From: Burkholderiales bacterium
GTDB taxonomy: Bacteria; Pseudomonadota; Gammaproteobacteria; Burkholderiales; SG8-41
Reading direction: 5' to 3'
DNA: 64,000 bases
Assembly: GCA_030684405.1 (NCBI GenBank)
Contig: JAUXYA010000031.1
Coordinates: forward strand, 5,483-69,482
This document shows positions 1 to 8,462 of this stretch, piece after piece. The position numbers were made by a program, and so were the translations under genes. Under the pieces are notes generated by a model. That model had not been told where the DNA came from, made no database searches, and saw only the letters and a list, made by a program, of their open reading frames with translations. The stretch's first letter is position 1; every line of letters begins with the position of its first letter.

Positions 1-325
1 AGCCGTGCATGGGTGTAATGTTCGAGGGATCGGACAAGCGCAGAAAGATGCCGCTGTTGGTAGAGGCCACCGCAAAAAACTCGGCGCGCAGTTCGAAATC
101 GGCATAGGGCTCCCGGGTCAACAGGTACCCGCCCATGCCGCTGCCGCGATCGGCGACAATCGCGCCGCCTTCGGCACGCCAGTTGGCGTCGCCGCTGCGT
201 GCGAAGTTTGCCAGTCCGCGTTCACCGTCAATCAGCGTGACCCAGCCGCCCGGCAACTGCGCGCAGCCGGCGCCCAGAAATGCCGCCAGCAACAGGCTGT
301 ACTGCCACCATCGTCTGCGTTTCAT
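1..325 (-). CDS. DUF1080-like (3-keto-disaccharide hydrolase fold) lipoprotein, C-terminal part cut by window edge
   Basis: Absent from the ORF track because there is no stop inside the window. Minus-strand ATG at 325-323 with a GGGGA SD upstream. Translation: MKRRRWWQYSLLLAAFLGAGCAQLPGGWVTLIDGERGLANFARSGDANWRAEGGAIVADRGSGMGGYLLTREPYADFELRAEFFAVASTNSGIFLRL... Lipobox LGAGC, plus the Y.DFEL..EF and NSGI.LR pattern recalled for DUF1080 proteins. Confidence 0.6.
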   Translation of the reverse strand, partial: MKRRRWWQYSLLLAAFLGAGCAQLPGGWVTLIDGERGLANFARSGDANWRAEGGAIVADRGSGMGGYLLTREPYADFELRAEFFAVASTNSGIFLRLSDPSNITPMHG

Positions 326-356
326 TTTTCCCCGATGTATTCCAAAGCGCCGGCTG

Positions 357-1148
357 TCAACGCCGCACCCCCGGCGTCTCCATTTTCAGACCCGCGCCGC
401 GGCGCGCGAGATACAGTTCAAGGTCGAGCAGTTCGTCCGCACCAAAGGCCGGCTGCTCAGCACGCACGCCAAAATAACAGGCGCGCAGCCGCCGCTGCAG
501 GGAACCGACTGCCTGCCATTCCAGCCGGTAGACCGGATAGGCATTGCCGTGGCCTTCGCTGATGGTGTCGGCGAGCAGCTTGCGGCTGGCGTTCTGCACA
601 TGGCAGTGGGTGCAGGCGAGATTCATCTGGCCTTGGCGCCGATGGAAAATCTCGTGGCCGCGTTGCAGCGCAGCCTGGTCCTCCTTCGCTGCGGGCTGCA
701 GCGGCAGGCCGCGCGACTGGTGCGCGACATAGGTTGTCAATGCCAGCAACTCTTCCGATTCGTAACGCAGCGGATCGGCCTGTTGCCGCTCAGTGCGGCA
801 CCTGTTGATGCGTACTTCGAGACTGACCACTTTTGAGTTCGCACCTTCGACGCGGGGATAACGCGCCGCCACACCCTTCATGCCGGTGGCTGCATCGCGA
901 TGACAACTCGCGCAGGACTGCGCGCTGCGTCCTGCGGGAGCGCTCCAGAGTTTTTCGCCACGCGTGACCCACAACATGCCGGGATTGGCGAAATCATCAG
1001 CCTGCATGGCGCGGATATCCGGACTGGCAAATTCCAAACCGGATCTGGGTTTTGTCGGTGTGATCTCGTGCTGTGCGAGTGCCGGCGCAACCAACACGAC
1101 GCAACAAATCGCACAGACGTTGTGCAGCGGAGACAGTAAAAAACACAT
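357..1148 (-). CDS. soxA: SoxA, dihaem c-type cytochrome subunit of SoxAX
   Basis: Two CxxCH motifs (CASCH, CTHCH) and the conserved distal Cys in LRACYFGVR. Signal peptide runs from the internal ATG (MCFLLSPL...APALA|QHE), so the start is placed at 1148. The longest ORF starts at 1232. Confidence 0.85.
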   Translation of the reverse strand: MCFLLSPLHNVCAICCVVLVAPALAQHEITPTKPRSGLEFASPDIRAMQADDFANPGMLWVTRGEKLWSAPAGRSAQSCASCHRDAATGMKGVAARYPRVEGANSKVVSLEVRINRCRTERQQADPLRYESEELLALTTYVAHQSRGLPLQPAAKEDQAALQRGHEIFHRRQGQMNLACTHCHVQNASRKLLADTISEGHGNAYPVYRLEWQAVGSLQRRLRACYFGVRAEQPAFGADELLDLELYLARRGAGLKMETPGVRR

Positions 1149-1256
1149 GCGATTCAGCAGCTTGGCGCATCGCTGTCGGATGCCTGTTGCCTCTGCCCAA
1201 CAACACCGCCACCGAGAAAATACATTAAGCATTTGATTTTAAACAACTATTAGACC

Positions 1257-1272
1257 TGGCACGGAATACGCT
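1257..1272 (+). promoter_or_regulatory. sigma54-like -24/-12 element (TGGCACGGAATACGCT) upstream of the small ORF
   Basis: GG and GC are at canonical spacing. The -12 region is weak (ACGCT versus TTGCW). Flank is 26/36 identical to the better sigma54 promoter at 26887-26922. Confidence 0.35.
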
Positions 1273-1329
1273 CATATCCAGTGGCAGGCAACCAAGTCTG
1301 TATTTTTGCAAACCAAAAGGAGTACCTCC

Positions 1330-1506
1330 ATGAGCACGAAACATCTCCGCAAGTTCACCCTTCCCGTCGCCGCAGCTGCCGTACTCGCCGTGAGCAGCGC
1401 AGCTTTTGCCGGCACTACCGTGAGCACGACGCCGCAGCAGTCCGCGGAAAAACCCGTCGACTGCAAAAAAACACCGGACCACGAGCGTTGCAAAGACAAG
1501 AAGTAA
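1330..1506 (+). CDS. small exported Lys-rich protein (58 aa), unknown function
   Basis: AAGGAG SD lies 7 nt before ATG 1330. Signal peptide MSTKHLRKFTLPVAAAAVLAVSSAAFA|GTT. The 31-aa mature part has 2 Cys (C-x8-C). A strong hairpin follows. It lies antisense between soxZ and soxA. Confidence 0.55.
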   Translation: MSTKHLRKFTLPVAAAAVLAVSSAAFAGTTVSTTPQQSAEKPVDCKKTPDHERCKDKK

Positions 1507-1547
1507 TTTGCTTTGCGCCGGGGCGCAATGATCCCCCGGCAACTTCT

Positions 1548-1580
1548 GACCGGCCGCGTGATGCGCGGCCGGTCCGTTTT
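1548..1580. terminator. GC-rich hairpin plus T-run between the convergent small ORF and soxZ
   Basis: GACCGGCCGCG / CGCGGCCGGTC is a perfect 11-bp stem with a 5-nt loop, followed by CGTTTT. A second 6-bp hairpin sits at 1513-1528. Confidence 0.6.
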
Positions 1581-1903
1581 CAGCCGGCACTGATGGTGAT
1601 GACGGCGCGTGACTCACCCTGCTCGCCCGAATCGTCACGCCACTCGAACACGAATTCTCCACTGTCCTGTACCCGTACTGGAAACTGCAGCAAGGGGTTC
1701 GCCGCAATGCCCGAGCCCATCTCGGCCCTGAACACCTCGACGCCGTTGTAGCGGCAGACCAGGGTGTTGATCACGTTTTTCGGAATGCGCCGACCGAAAT
1801 GATCGGGGCGGTAGCCGGTTTCCATCGGATGCTGGATGGCTATGCGCAGCTGGACGATCTCGCCGCGTCGCGCGCTGGCCGGCACCTGTACGCGGGATAA
1901 CAT
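1580..1903 (-). CDS. soxZ: SoxZ, sulfur carrier complex subunit
   Basis: 107 aa with a typical SoxZ sequence (RRGEIVQLRIAIQHPMETGYR...VCRYNG). Its start lies 2 nt downstream of the soxY stop (TGAgATG), with no overlap. Confidence 0.9.
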   Translation of the reverse strand: MLSRVQVPASARRGEIVQLRIAIQHPMETGYRPDHFGRRIPKNVINTLVCRYNGVEVFRAEMGSGIAANPLLQFPVRVQDSGEFVFEWRDDSGEQGESRAVITISAG

Positions 1904-1904
1904 C

Positions 1905-2354
1905 TCAGCCCTCCAGGCAGGCGAGTTCGGTGACGATCACATGCGCCCCGCCCATCCACCAACTGCCGTCGGAGAACTGCACCAGTGCCAGCACGTCCTG
2001 GATGTCAGCGAGCCGGATGCGCGTGGAAATTTCCGCCCTGCCGGAGTGCGGACCCAGCGTGAAACTCGCGACCACCGGCCGCGGGTTGCGCTCGGCGAGC
2101 AGCGTGATGCGGCGCACGTGATCCTCCGCAGTCATCGGACTGTCGGCCAGCACGCGCACTGCCACCGAGTGGCCATTGTCGGCGAGCGGCGGCGTATCGA
2201 CGGTGACCCTGCCGGCATTCACTGGCGCACCGCCGGTCACCTCGCGCAGCAAGGCGATGCGTTGCGGATTCTGCTGTGCAGCAGCGACACCCGTGAACAG
2301 CAGACCGCCGGCAAGCGCGGTGCTGGTGAGCAGAAATCGGCGGCGATCAGGCAT
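1905..2354 (-). CDS. soxY: SoxY-like sulfur carrier with Tat signal and a non-canonical C-terminus
   Basis: Tat motif DRRRFLL and a SoxY-like body (PPLADNGHSVAVRV...NPRPVVASF...STRIRL). It ends VTELACLEG rather than the canonical VT.GGCGG. Confidence 0.8.
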   Translation of the reverse strand: MPDRRRFLLTSTALAGGLLFTGVAAAQQNPQRIALLREVTGGAPVNAGRVTVDTPPLADNGHSVAVRVLADSPMTAEDHVRRITLLAERNPRPVVASFTLGPHSGRAEISTRIRLADIQDVLALVQFSDGSWWMGGAHVIVTELACLEG

Positions 2355-2361
2355 CAGCGGA

Positions 2362-2802
2362 TTATTTCAGGGTTTGCAGGTAAGCGACCAGGTCTTCGAT
2401 CTGTCCGGCACTGAGCACCGGTTTGCCGCGCCAGGCGGCGGCCACCCGGTTCAGGCCGTCGATCTTGTAGTAGGACGGCATCACGGTCTCCGGGTTCAAG
2501 CGCGACTGATCAACAATACGCAGCCGCAGCTGGGCCGCTGACAGCCGCGCGCCGATGCCCGACAACGGCGGTGCGATGTTGCCCATGAAGCGCTGCCCGG
2601 TTTCGGGCACCGCATGGCAGAGCAGGCAGTTGGCGTCGCGCCCGGCAATGATGTCGCGGCCGCGCAGCGGATCGGCCGGCGACGCGGACAGCGGCGCGAG
2701 GATCGCATCACCATCGACCCGGTACGCAACAAGGGCCTGCGGCGGCGGCGCGGCACAGGCGGCCGTCACGGCACATAGCAGGCCCCAGGCCGGAACGCGC
2801 AT
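2362..2802 (-). CDS. soxX: SoxX, monohaem cytochrome c subunit of SoxAX
   Basis: Signal peptide, a single CLLCH haem motif, and position directly upstream of soxYZ. Confidence 0.8.
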   Translation of the reverse strand: MRVPAWGLLCAVTAACAAPPPQALVAYRVDGDAILAPLSASPADPLRGRDIIAGRDANCLLCHAVPETGQRFMGNIAPPLSGIGARLSAAQLRLRIVDQSRLNPETVMPSYYKIDGLNRVAAAWRGKPVLSAGQIEDLVAYLQTLK

Positions 2803-2813
2803 CGCGCCCCGGA

Positions 2814-5024
2814 TCAGACCAGCGTCAGTCCCTGCTTCGACAGCGGCAGGCTGCGCACCGGTTTGCCGGTTGCGGCATGGATGGCATTGAGGATCGCCGG
2901 CACCACCACGCAGATCGTCGGTTCGCCGACGCCGCCCCAGAAGTCATGGGTCAGCGCCAACACGGTTTCGACCTTGGGCATTTCGGCGATTTTCATGACG
3001 CGGAAATTGTGAAAGTTGGTTTCCACGATGCGTCCGTTGGCCACCGAAATCTCGCTCTGCAGCGTGGTCATGCCGTAGGCGACGGAACCCTCGATCTGCG
3101 CTGCCGTCTGGTCCGGATTGACCACGTTGCCGCAGTCGAGCGCGAACACGCAGCGATGCACCTTGACCTCCCCCTTGGAGCTCACCGACACCTCGGCCAC
3201 CGCTGCGGAATAGCTGCCGTAACCCATGAACTGGGCAATGCCGCGGAATACGCCCTTCGGCAGCGGCTTGCCCCAGCCGGCCTTCTCGGCGGCGGCATTG
3301 AGCACACCGAGGTGCTTCGGACGCTCGCTCATCAGCGCACGGCGGAACTCCAGCGGATCCTTGCCGGCGAGTTTCGCGACTTCGTCCATGAAGCATTCGA
3401 GGAAAATACCGTTCTGGTTGGTATTGACGCCGCGCCACGGGCCCACCGGCAGATGGGTGTTGCGCATTGCGTACTCGGTACGCAGGTTGGCGTGGGTATA
3501 GCCGATCTGGGCGTCACCTTCCAGCGTCGGCCAGAGGCCCTGCAGCTGGCGCCGGTCCTTGCCGTCCTTGATCGCAGCCGGATTGGCGAAGGCATTGATC
3601 GACTGGCCGGATACCCGGATATGCAGGCCGGTCAGATTGCCCTTGGCATCAACACCCGCCGCCATCCGTGCCTGGGCAATGGGGCGATAGAAATCGTGCG
3701 CCTGGTCTTCTTCGCGGCTCCACACCATCTTCACCGGCTGACCGGGGAAGGCCTTGGCGATCGCGACACCCTGGCGCACCACGTCCTGGTTACCGATGCG
3801 GCGACCAAAACCGCCGCCGAGATCCATTACGTGCGCCTCGCATTTGTCGAGAGGCAGGCCCGAGGACGAGGACAGCGCAGCGAGCGAAGCCTCGGCGTTC
3901 TGCGTCGGAATCCAGATTTCCGATTTATCCGGCGACAGCTTTACCGTGCAGTTCATCGGCTCCATCGTGGTATGCGAGGTGAAAGGCACGCTGTAGACGG
4001 CCTCGATCTTCTTTGCTGAAGCCGCAATGGCCTTGGGCGCATCGCCGGTGTCGATGTCGGCGAAGGCGTCGTTCGAGGTCAAGCCCGATGCCAGGTGTTT
4101 CGCGATCGACGCGCTGTTGACCTTGGCATGCGGGCCCTCGTCCCAGACGATGGGCAGCGCATCCAGCGCCTTTTTCGCCCGCCACCAGGTGTCAGCCACC
4201 ACCGCGACGGTGCTGTCGTTGACCCGCAACACGCGTTTGACGCCGGGCATGCCCATTACCTTCGACTCGTCGAAGCTCACCAGCTTGCCGCCGTAGACCG
4301 GACAGTCCTTGACTGTCGCGTGCAGCATGTCGGGCATCTTCAGATCGATGGCGTAGACCTTGGCACCGTTGAGCTTGTCCGCGGTATCCAGCCGACGCAG
4401 GCCCTTGCCGGCGATTTTCCAGTCCTTGACCGGCTTCAGCTGAATGGTTTTCAGATCGGGCGGCGTCAGCTTCGCCGCCGCTGTCGCCACCTTGCCGTAG
4501 CTGGTGCTGCGGCCGGAGCCGGCGTGGGTGATCACACCGCTAGCGACACGCAGATCGCCGACCGGCACGCTCCATTCGTTGGCCGCCGCCTGCAGCAGGA
4601 GCATGCGCGCCGCTGCACCGCCACGGCGTACGTAGTCCTGCGATTCACGGATGCCGCGACTGCCCGCGGTCGACATTACGCCCCAGGCGCGCTTGCGTGC
4701 GAGATTCTGGCCGGCGGTAATCTGCTCAGTACTGACTTTCTTCCAATCGCATTCCAGTTCCTCGGCCACCAGCTGGGCGAGGCCTGTCAGCGTGCCCTGG
4801 CCCATCTCGGCGCGGGCGATGCGGATAACACAGGTATCGTCGGGTTTCACCACCACCCAGATATTCACCTCCGCGTCCGCCGCGGCACCTTGGGCCGCGG
4901 CGCTGCCGATGCCGAAGGGCAGGTGAAAACCCAGCACAAGGCCGCTGCCTGCGGCGGCGCTGCCGACGAGGAATTTGCGGCGGGAAATTTTCGGGGTATG
5001 CCCGGAGTTCATCGAGTCATTCAT
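2814..5024 (-). CDS. molybdopterin-binding subunit of an aldehyde oxidase/xanthine dehydrogenase-family enzyme (IorB-like)
   Basis: 736 aa with Tat signal SRRKFLVGSAAAGSGLV and an isoquinoline 1-oxidoreductase beta-like sequence. Paired with a 2Fe-2S subunit upstream. Confidence 0.85.
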   Translation of the reverse strand: MNDSMNSGHTPKISRRKFLVGSAAAGSGLVLGFHLPFGIGSAAAQGAAADAEVNIWVVVKPDDTCVIRIARAEMGQGTLTGLAQLVAEELECDWKKVSTEQITAGQNLARKRAWGVMSTAGSRGIRESQDYVRRGGAAARMLLLQAAANEWSVPVGDLRVASGVITHAGSGRSTSYGKVATAAAKLTPPDLKTIQLKPVKDWKIAGKGLRRLDTADKLNGAKVYAIDLKMPDMLHATVKDCPVYGGKLVSFDESKVMGMPGVKRVLRVNDSTVAVVADTWWRAKKALDALPIVWDEGPHAKVNSASIAKHLASGLTSNDAFADIDTGDAPKAIAASAKKIEAVYSVPFTSHTTMEPMNCTVKLSPDKSEIWIPTQNAEASLAALSSSSGLPLDKCEAHVMDLGGGFGRRIGNQDVVRQGVAIAKAFPGQPVKMVWSREEDQAHDFYRPIAQARMAAGVDAKGNLTGLHIRVSGQSINAFANPAAIKDGKDRRQLQGLWPTLEGDAQIGYTHANLRTEYAMRNTHLPVGPWRGVNTNQNGIFLECFMDEVAKLAGKDPLEFRRALMSERPKHLGVLNAAAEKAGWGKPLPKGVFRGIAQFMGYGSYSAAVAEVSVSSKGEVKVHRCVFALDCGNVVNPDQTAAQIEGSVAYGMTTLQSEISVANGRIVETNFHNFRVMKIAEMPKVETVLALTHDFWGGVGEPTICVVVPAILNAIHAATGKPVRSLPLSKQGLTLV

Positions 5025-5040
5025 GTCGTCTCTCCCCGAT

Positions 5041-5535
5041 TCAGGCGTTCTGTTGATCGGTGGTCAGCACATCGGCAGCAGCAATTTTGCCGCTGGCGGC
5101 CATGTGGACCGCGGCACGGATGCGGTGGTAGGTGCCGCAGCGGCAGATATTGGTCATCGCCTCGTCGATATCCTTGTCCGTGGGCTTCGGCTTTTTCGCC
5201 AGCAGCGCCGCAGCCGCCATGATCTGGCCCGACTGGCAGTAGCCGCACTGCGGCACGTCGATTGCCGCCCAGGCGCGCTGCACCGGATGCGAGCTGTCCT
5301 TCGACAGGCCCTCAATGGTGGTGATGCGATCGCCAGGCTTGACCGCGGAGACCGGCAGCGCACAGGAGCGCACGACTTCGCCGTTGAGGTGGATCGAACA
5401 GGCGCCGCACTGCGCTACGCCGCAGCCATACTTGGTGCCGGTCAGACCGACGTGTTCGCGGATTGCCCACAGCAGCGGGGTATCGGCTTCGACATTCACC
5501 TCGTAATTGCGGCCATTGATATTCAGTTGCGCCAT
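5041..5535 (-). CDS. (2Fe-2S)-binding small subunit (IorA-like)
   Basis: 164 aa carrying the two classic cluster motifs, CGVAQCGAC and CGYCQSG...CRCGTY. Confidence 0.9.
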   Translation of the reverse strand: MAQLNINGRNYEVNVEADTPLLWAIREHVGLTGTKYGCGVAQCGACSIHLNGEVVRSCALPVSAVKPGDRITTIEGLSKDSSHPVQRAWAAIDVPQCGYCQSGQIMAAAALLAKKPKPTDKDIDEAMTNICRCGTYHRIRAAVHMAASGKIAAADVLTTDQQNA

Positions 5536-5792
5536 GACTTCTCCTCAGCGGTTTGATTGGTACGACACTACGCCCACGCAGGGTTGCGCACGGCAGTGTC
5601 TGAGTTCCCCGATTGAATCTTCTGGCCTGCGGTCGATTGCCGCATGGGCACGCAAAGGAATGCGCGAACGGCAGATTATGCTGCCCTATGGCAACGGTCA
5701 ACAGGAACTGTGCTTCCGGCAAAAACGTCCACCACAAAGTCGAAACGTGCCGCGACGCACAACGGACGGAAGCCGCCCCCCCCGGCGCACGT

Positions 5793-6488
5793 TCAGGGCA
5801 GCTGTGCGCCGTTCATGCGCATCAATATGGTCTGGGTACGACGCTGCAGATAGGCGGTGTTGCTGTCCGGTCCATAACGTCGCGGGCTCGGCACCACCGC
5901 AGCCAGGCGTGCTGCCTGCTCGGGCGAGAGTGCGGCCGCGGTCGTACCATAGTGGTGACGCGCCGCGGCCTCGGCGCCGAACACGCCATCGCCCCACTCG
6001 ATGACATTGAGATAGATTTCGAGTATGCGCCGCTTGTTCATCACGGTTTCAAGCATCACCGCAACCACGGCCTCCTGCGCCTTGCGCCACCAAGCCCGCT
6101 CTCCGGAGAAAAAAAGGTTCTTCGCCAATTGTTGAGTGATGGTCGAGCCACCGGCGACGATTTCGCCCTCGCGCAGGTTTTTCTCGTAGGCCTTCTGAAT
6201 ACCGTCCCAGTCGAAACCATTGTGGGTCGCGAATTTCGCGTCTTCGGCAGCCACCACCGCGCGCTTGAGGTGTATGGAAATCCGCTGGTACGGTACCCAT
6301 TGGTGACGCAGCCGCGCGCGCGGATCGTCCTCCTGCAGTATCTGCAGGCGCGCTCGCATGAAAGCCGTGCTCTCGGGGTTGTGGCTGTTCCAGTGCCAGA
6401 CGTGAATCAGGAACCAGAACTGCAGCGCCGTCAGCGTGATCAGCGCCATCAGGATGATGCGCCAGATCCAGCGCAGCAGGAATCTCAT
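5793..6488 (-). CDS. mtgA: monofunctional peptidoglycan glycosyltransferase
   Basis: 231 aa with an N-terminal TM segment and GT51 motifs (AAEDAKFATHNGFDW, GGSTITQQLAKN). Confidence 0.9.
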   Translation of the reverse strand: MRFLLRWIWRIILMALITLTALQFWFLIHVWHWNSHNPESTAFMRARLQILQEDDPRARLRHQWVPYQRISIHLKRAVVAAEDAKFATHNGFDWDGIQKAYEKNLREGEIVAGGSTITQQLAKNLFFSGERAWWRKAQEAVVAVMLETVMNKRRILEIYLNVIEWGDGVFGAEAAARHHYGTTAAALSPEQAARLAAVVPSPRRYGPDSNTAYLQRRTQTILMRMNGAQLP

Positions 6489-6497
6489 GGACGGGAA

Positions 6498-7325
6498 TCA
6501 GGCGCCGCCGCGCAGCTGCGCGATCACCGGCGCGGTCTGCGGCCTGACGCCGCGCCAGATGCGGAATGACTCTGCCGCCTGCTCGACCAGCATGCCCAAA
6601 CCATCGGTACAGGCCGCGCCGCGTGCGCGCGCAAATTCGAGGAAGGCCGTTTCGCGGCCGTACATCATGTCGTAGGCCAATGCGCCCGGCGCGAACAGGT
6701 CATCCGGCAAGGGCGGCATCGCGCCTTCGAGACTCGCTGACGTGGCATTGATCACCAGATCGAACCGCGTTCCGGCGAGTGCGTCATACGGCTTCGCGGC
6801 CAGCCCCTGATTCGCCAGCGCGGCAAATTTGTGGAAATGGCGTACCAGCGACTCGGCCCGCCCCGGCGTCCGGTTGGCGACGACCAGCAGCCCGGGGCGG
6901 CATTCCAGCAAGGGTTGCAGCACGCCGTGGGAAGCCCCGCCAGCCCCCATCAGCAGCACCCGGCGACCGGCAATCGCGACGCCCAGGTTCCGCTCCAGAT
7001 CAGTGACCAGGCCGATGCCGTCGGTGTTGTATCCCAGCAGCTCGCCGCCCTCGCGCTTGATGGTATTCACGGCCTCCGCCACCAGCGCGCCGCCTTCGCA
7101 GTGGTCGACCAGATTCCAGGCTTCGCGCTTGAACGGAACCGTCACGTTCAAGCCGTGGCCACCCTCGTGAAAAAACTGGCGCACTGAACCTTCGAAGCCG
7201 TCGAGCGGCGCAAGCAGGCGGTCGTAGCGGATGTCCTGGCCGGTCTGGCGCGCGAATGCAGCATGGATCAGCGGCGACTTGCTGTGGCTGACCGGGTTGC
7301 CGATCACCGCGTATCGATCACTCAC
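6498..7325 (-). CDS. aroE: shikimate dehydrogenase
   Basis: 275 aa: YAVIGNPVSHSKSP, NVTVPFK, GAGGA nucleotide loop. Confidence 0.9.
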   Translation of the reverse strand: MSDRYAVIGNPVSHSKSPLIHAAFARQTGQDIRYDRLLAPLDGFEGSVRQFFHEGGHGLNVTVPFKREAWNLVDHCEGGALVAEAVNTIKREGGELLGYNTDGIGLVTDLERNLGVAIAGRRVLLMGAGGASHGVLQPLLECRPGLLVVANRTPGRAESLVRHFHKFAALANQGLAAKPYDALAGTRFDLVINATSASLEGAMPPLPDDLFAPGALAYDMMYGRETAFLEFARARGAACTDGLGMLVEQAAESFRIWRGVRPQTAPVIAQLRGGA

Positions 7326-7332
7326 TGCGCGC

Positions 7333-8346
7333 TCACTGGCTCACGAACTGATCGGCCCGCGTGAAAGTCCAGGTGCGGGTGATGTGCAGGATGTCGGTGT
7401 CGCGGGCAATGTTCTCGGGAAAGGCCGAGTACGGCGCCGCCATCGTGACGATGCGCACGGTCGCTTCGTCAAGCAGCTTGCTGCCGGAAGAACGGTCGAT
7501 CTGCACCCGCTCCAGGCTGCCGTTCGCCTTGATCGACACGGTAGCCACCAGACTGCCGTAGACGCGCTGCTCGCGCGCTGCCTGCGGGTAATTCAGCTCG
7601 CCGATGCGCTCGATCTTTTGTCGCCAGTCCTCGACATAGCGCGCGAACCGGTATTCCTGGGTGCGCGCCCCGATGAACTTGCGACGCGGGCGCTCTTGGT
7701 AGGCGTTCCAGTCCTTGCTGATCTGGGCTTCCAGCCGGGCGATGGCCAGGCTGCGCTGCACCAGGTCCGTGGCATTCACCGTCGGCGCCGTTTCGGACGC
7801 CTGCGGCGCAGGTTTGTCCGGGCTGCTGACCACTTCGCTCTTCGCGCCCTTTTTGGTCAGCAGTTCGCGGGCCTCCCGTTCCAGTTCCGCCACCCGCTTC
7901 TGCGCGAGCTGCAGTTCAGCGGTTTGGTTATCCCTGGTGATCGCCGGCAGAGGGCTTTGCGCGCGCTGCGGAGTATCGACATTGCCGCCGCCATCGAGAC
8001 TGTGCTGGGCCAGCGCATCGGATTTCGCCGGCTTCGTCGGAGATTTCGCATTGACCAGCACCACTTCCAGGGGCGGCGCGGTGTTCTGCAACTGGCGCAG
8101 CTCGGGCACCGTAAAGCTGAGCCCGAATATCACGAAGGCATGCAGCAGGAACGACACCGTACCTGCAGCGCCGAAACGGGTGCGGACGGTCATCCGTGCA
8201 TAGCGGCGGTCGAAATCGGCGATGCGCCGCTCCATTTCTGCAACGCGCGCGTCCAGCCGGTCCACCGCGCTCGCCCAGGAGCTGCGGCGCGGATGCTTCG
8301 CGCGACGTGGCAGGTCCAACACTCGGGCAAGGGGCTTCGGACTCAT
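7333..8346 (-). CDS. TonB C-terminal-domain protein with a long coiled/linker region
   Basis: 337 aa with one TM segment (VSFLLHAFVIFGL) and a C-terminal TonB-like fold (YPQAAREQRVYGSLVATVSIKANGSLERVQIDRSSGSKLLDEA). Confidence 0.7.
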   Translation of the reverse strand: MSPKPLARVLDLPRRAKHPRRSSWASAVDRLDARVAEMERRIADFDRRYARMTVRTRFGAAGTVSFLLHAFVIFGLSFTVPELRQLQNTAPPLEVVLVNAKSPTKPAKSDALAQHSLDGGGNVDTPQRAQSPLPAITRDNQTAELQLAQKRVAELEREARELLTKKGAKSEVVSSPDKPAPQASETAPTVNATDLVQRSLAIARLEAQISKDWNAYQERPRRKFIGARTQEYRFARYVEDWRQKIERIGELNYPQAAREQRVYGSLVATVSIKANGSLERVQIDRSSGSKLLDEATVRIVTMAAPYSAFPENIARDTDILHITRTWTFTRADQFVSQ

Positions 8347-8388
8347 GCAGCTATTCTAGACAAGGCCGGAAAAATAACAATAAAAACT

Positions 8389-8407
8389 TTAATTATCAGA
8401 TAATTAA
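8389..8407. promoter_or_regulatory. 19-bp perfect palindrome TTAATTATC-A-GATAATTAA
   Basis: Lies in an AT-rich island 43 nt upstream of the TonB-like gene start. It contains the Fur-box hexamers GATAAT/ATTATC, but in R-x-F order. Confidence 0.3.
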
Positions 8408-8462
8408 GGTTGTTGCTTAAAGTGGACTCTAGAGTTAGGCGTAGGGTTGGTATCCACTTACA

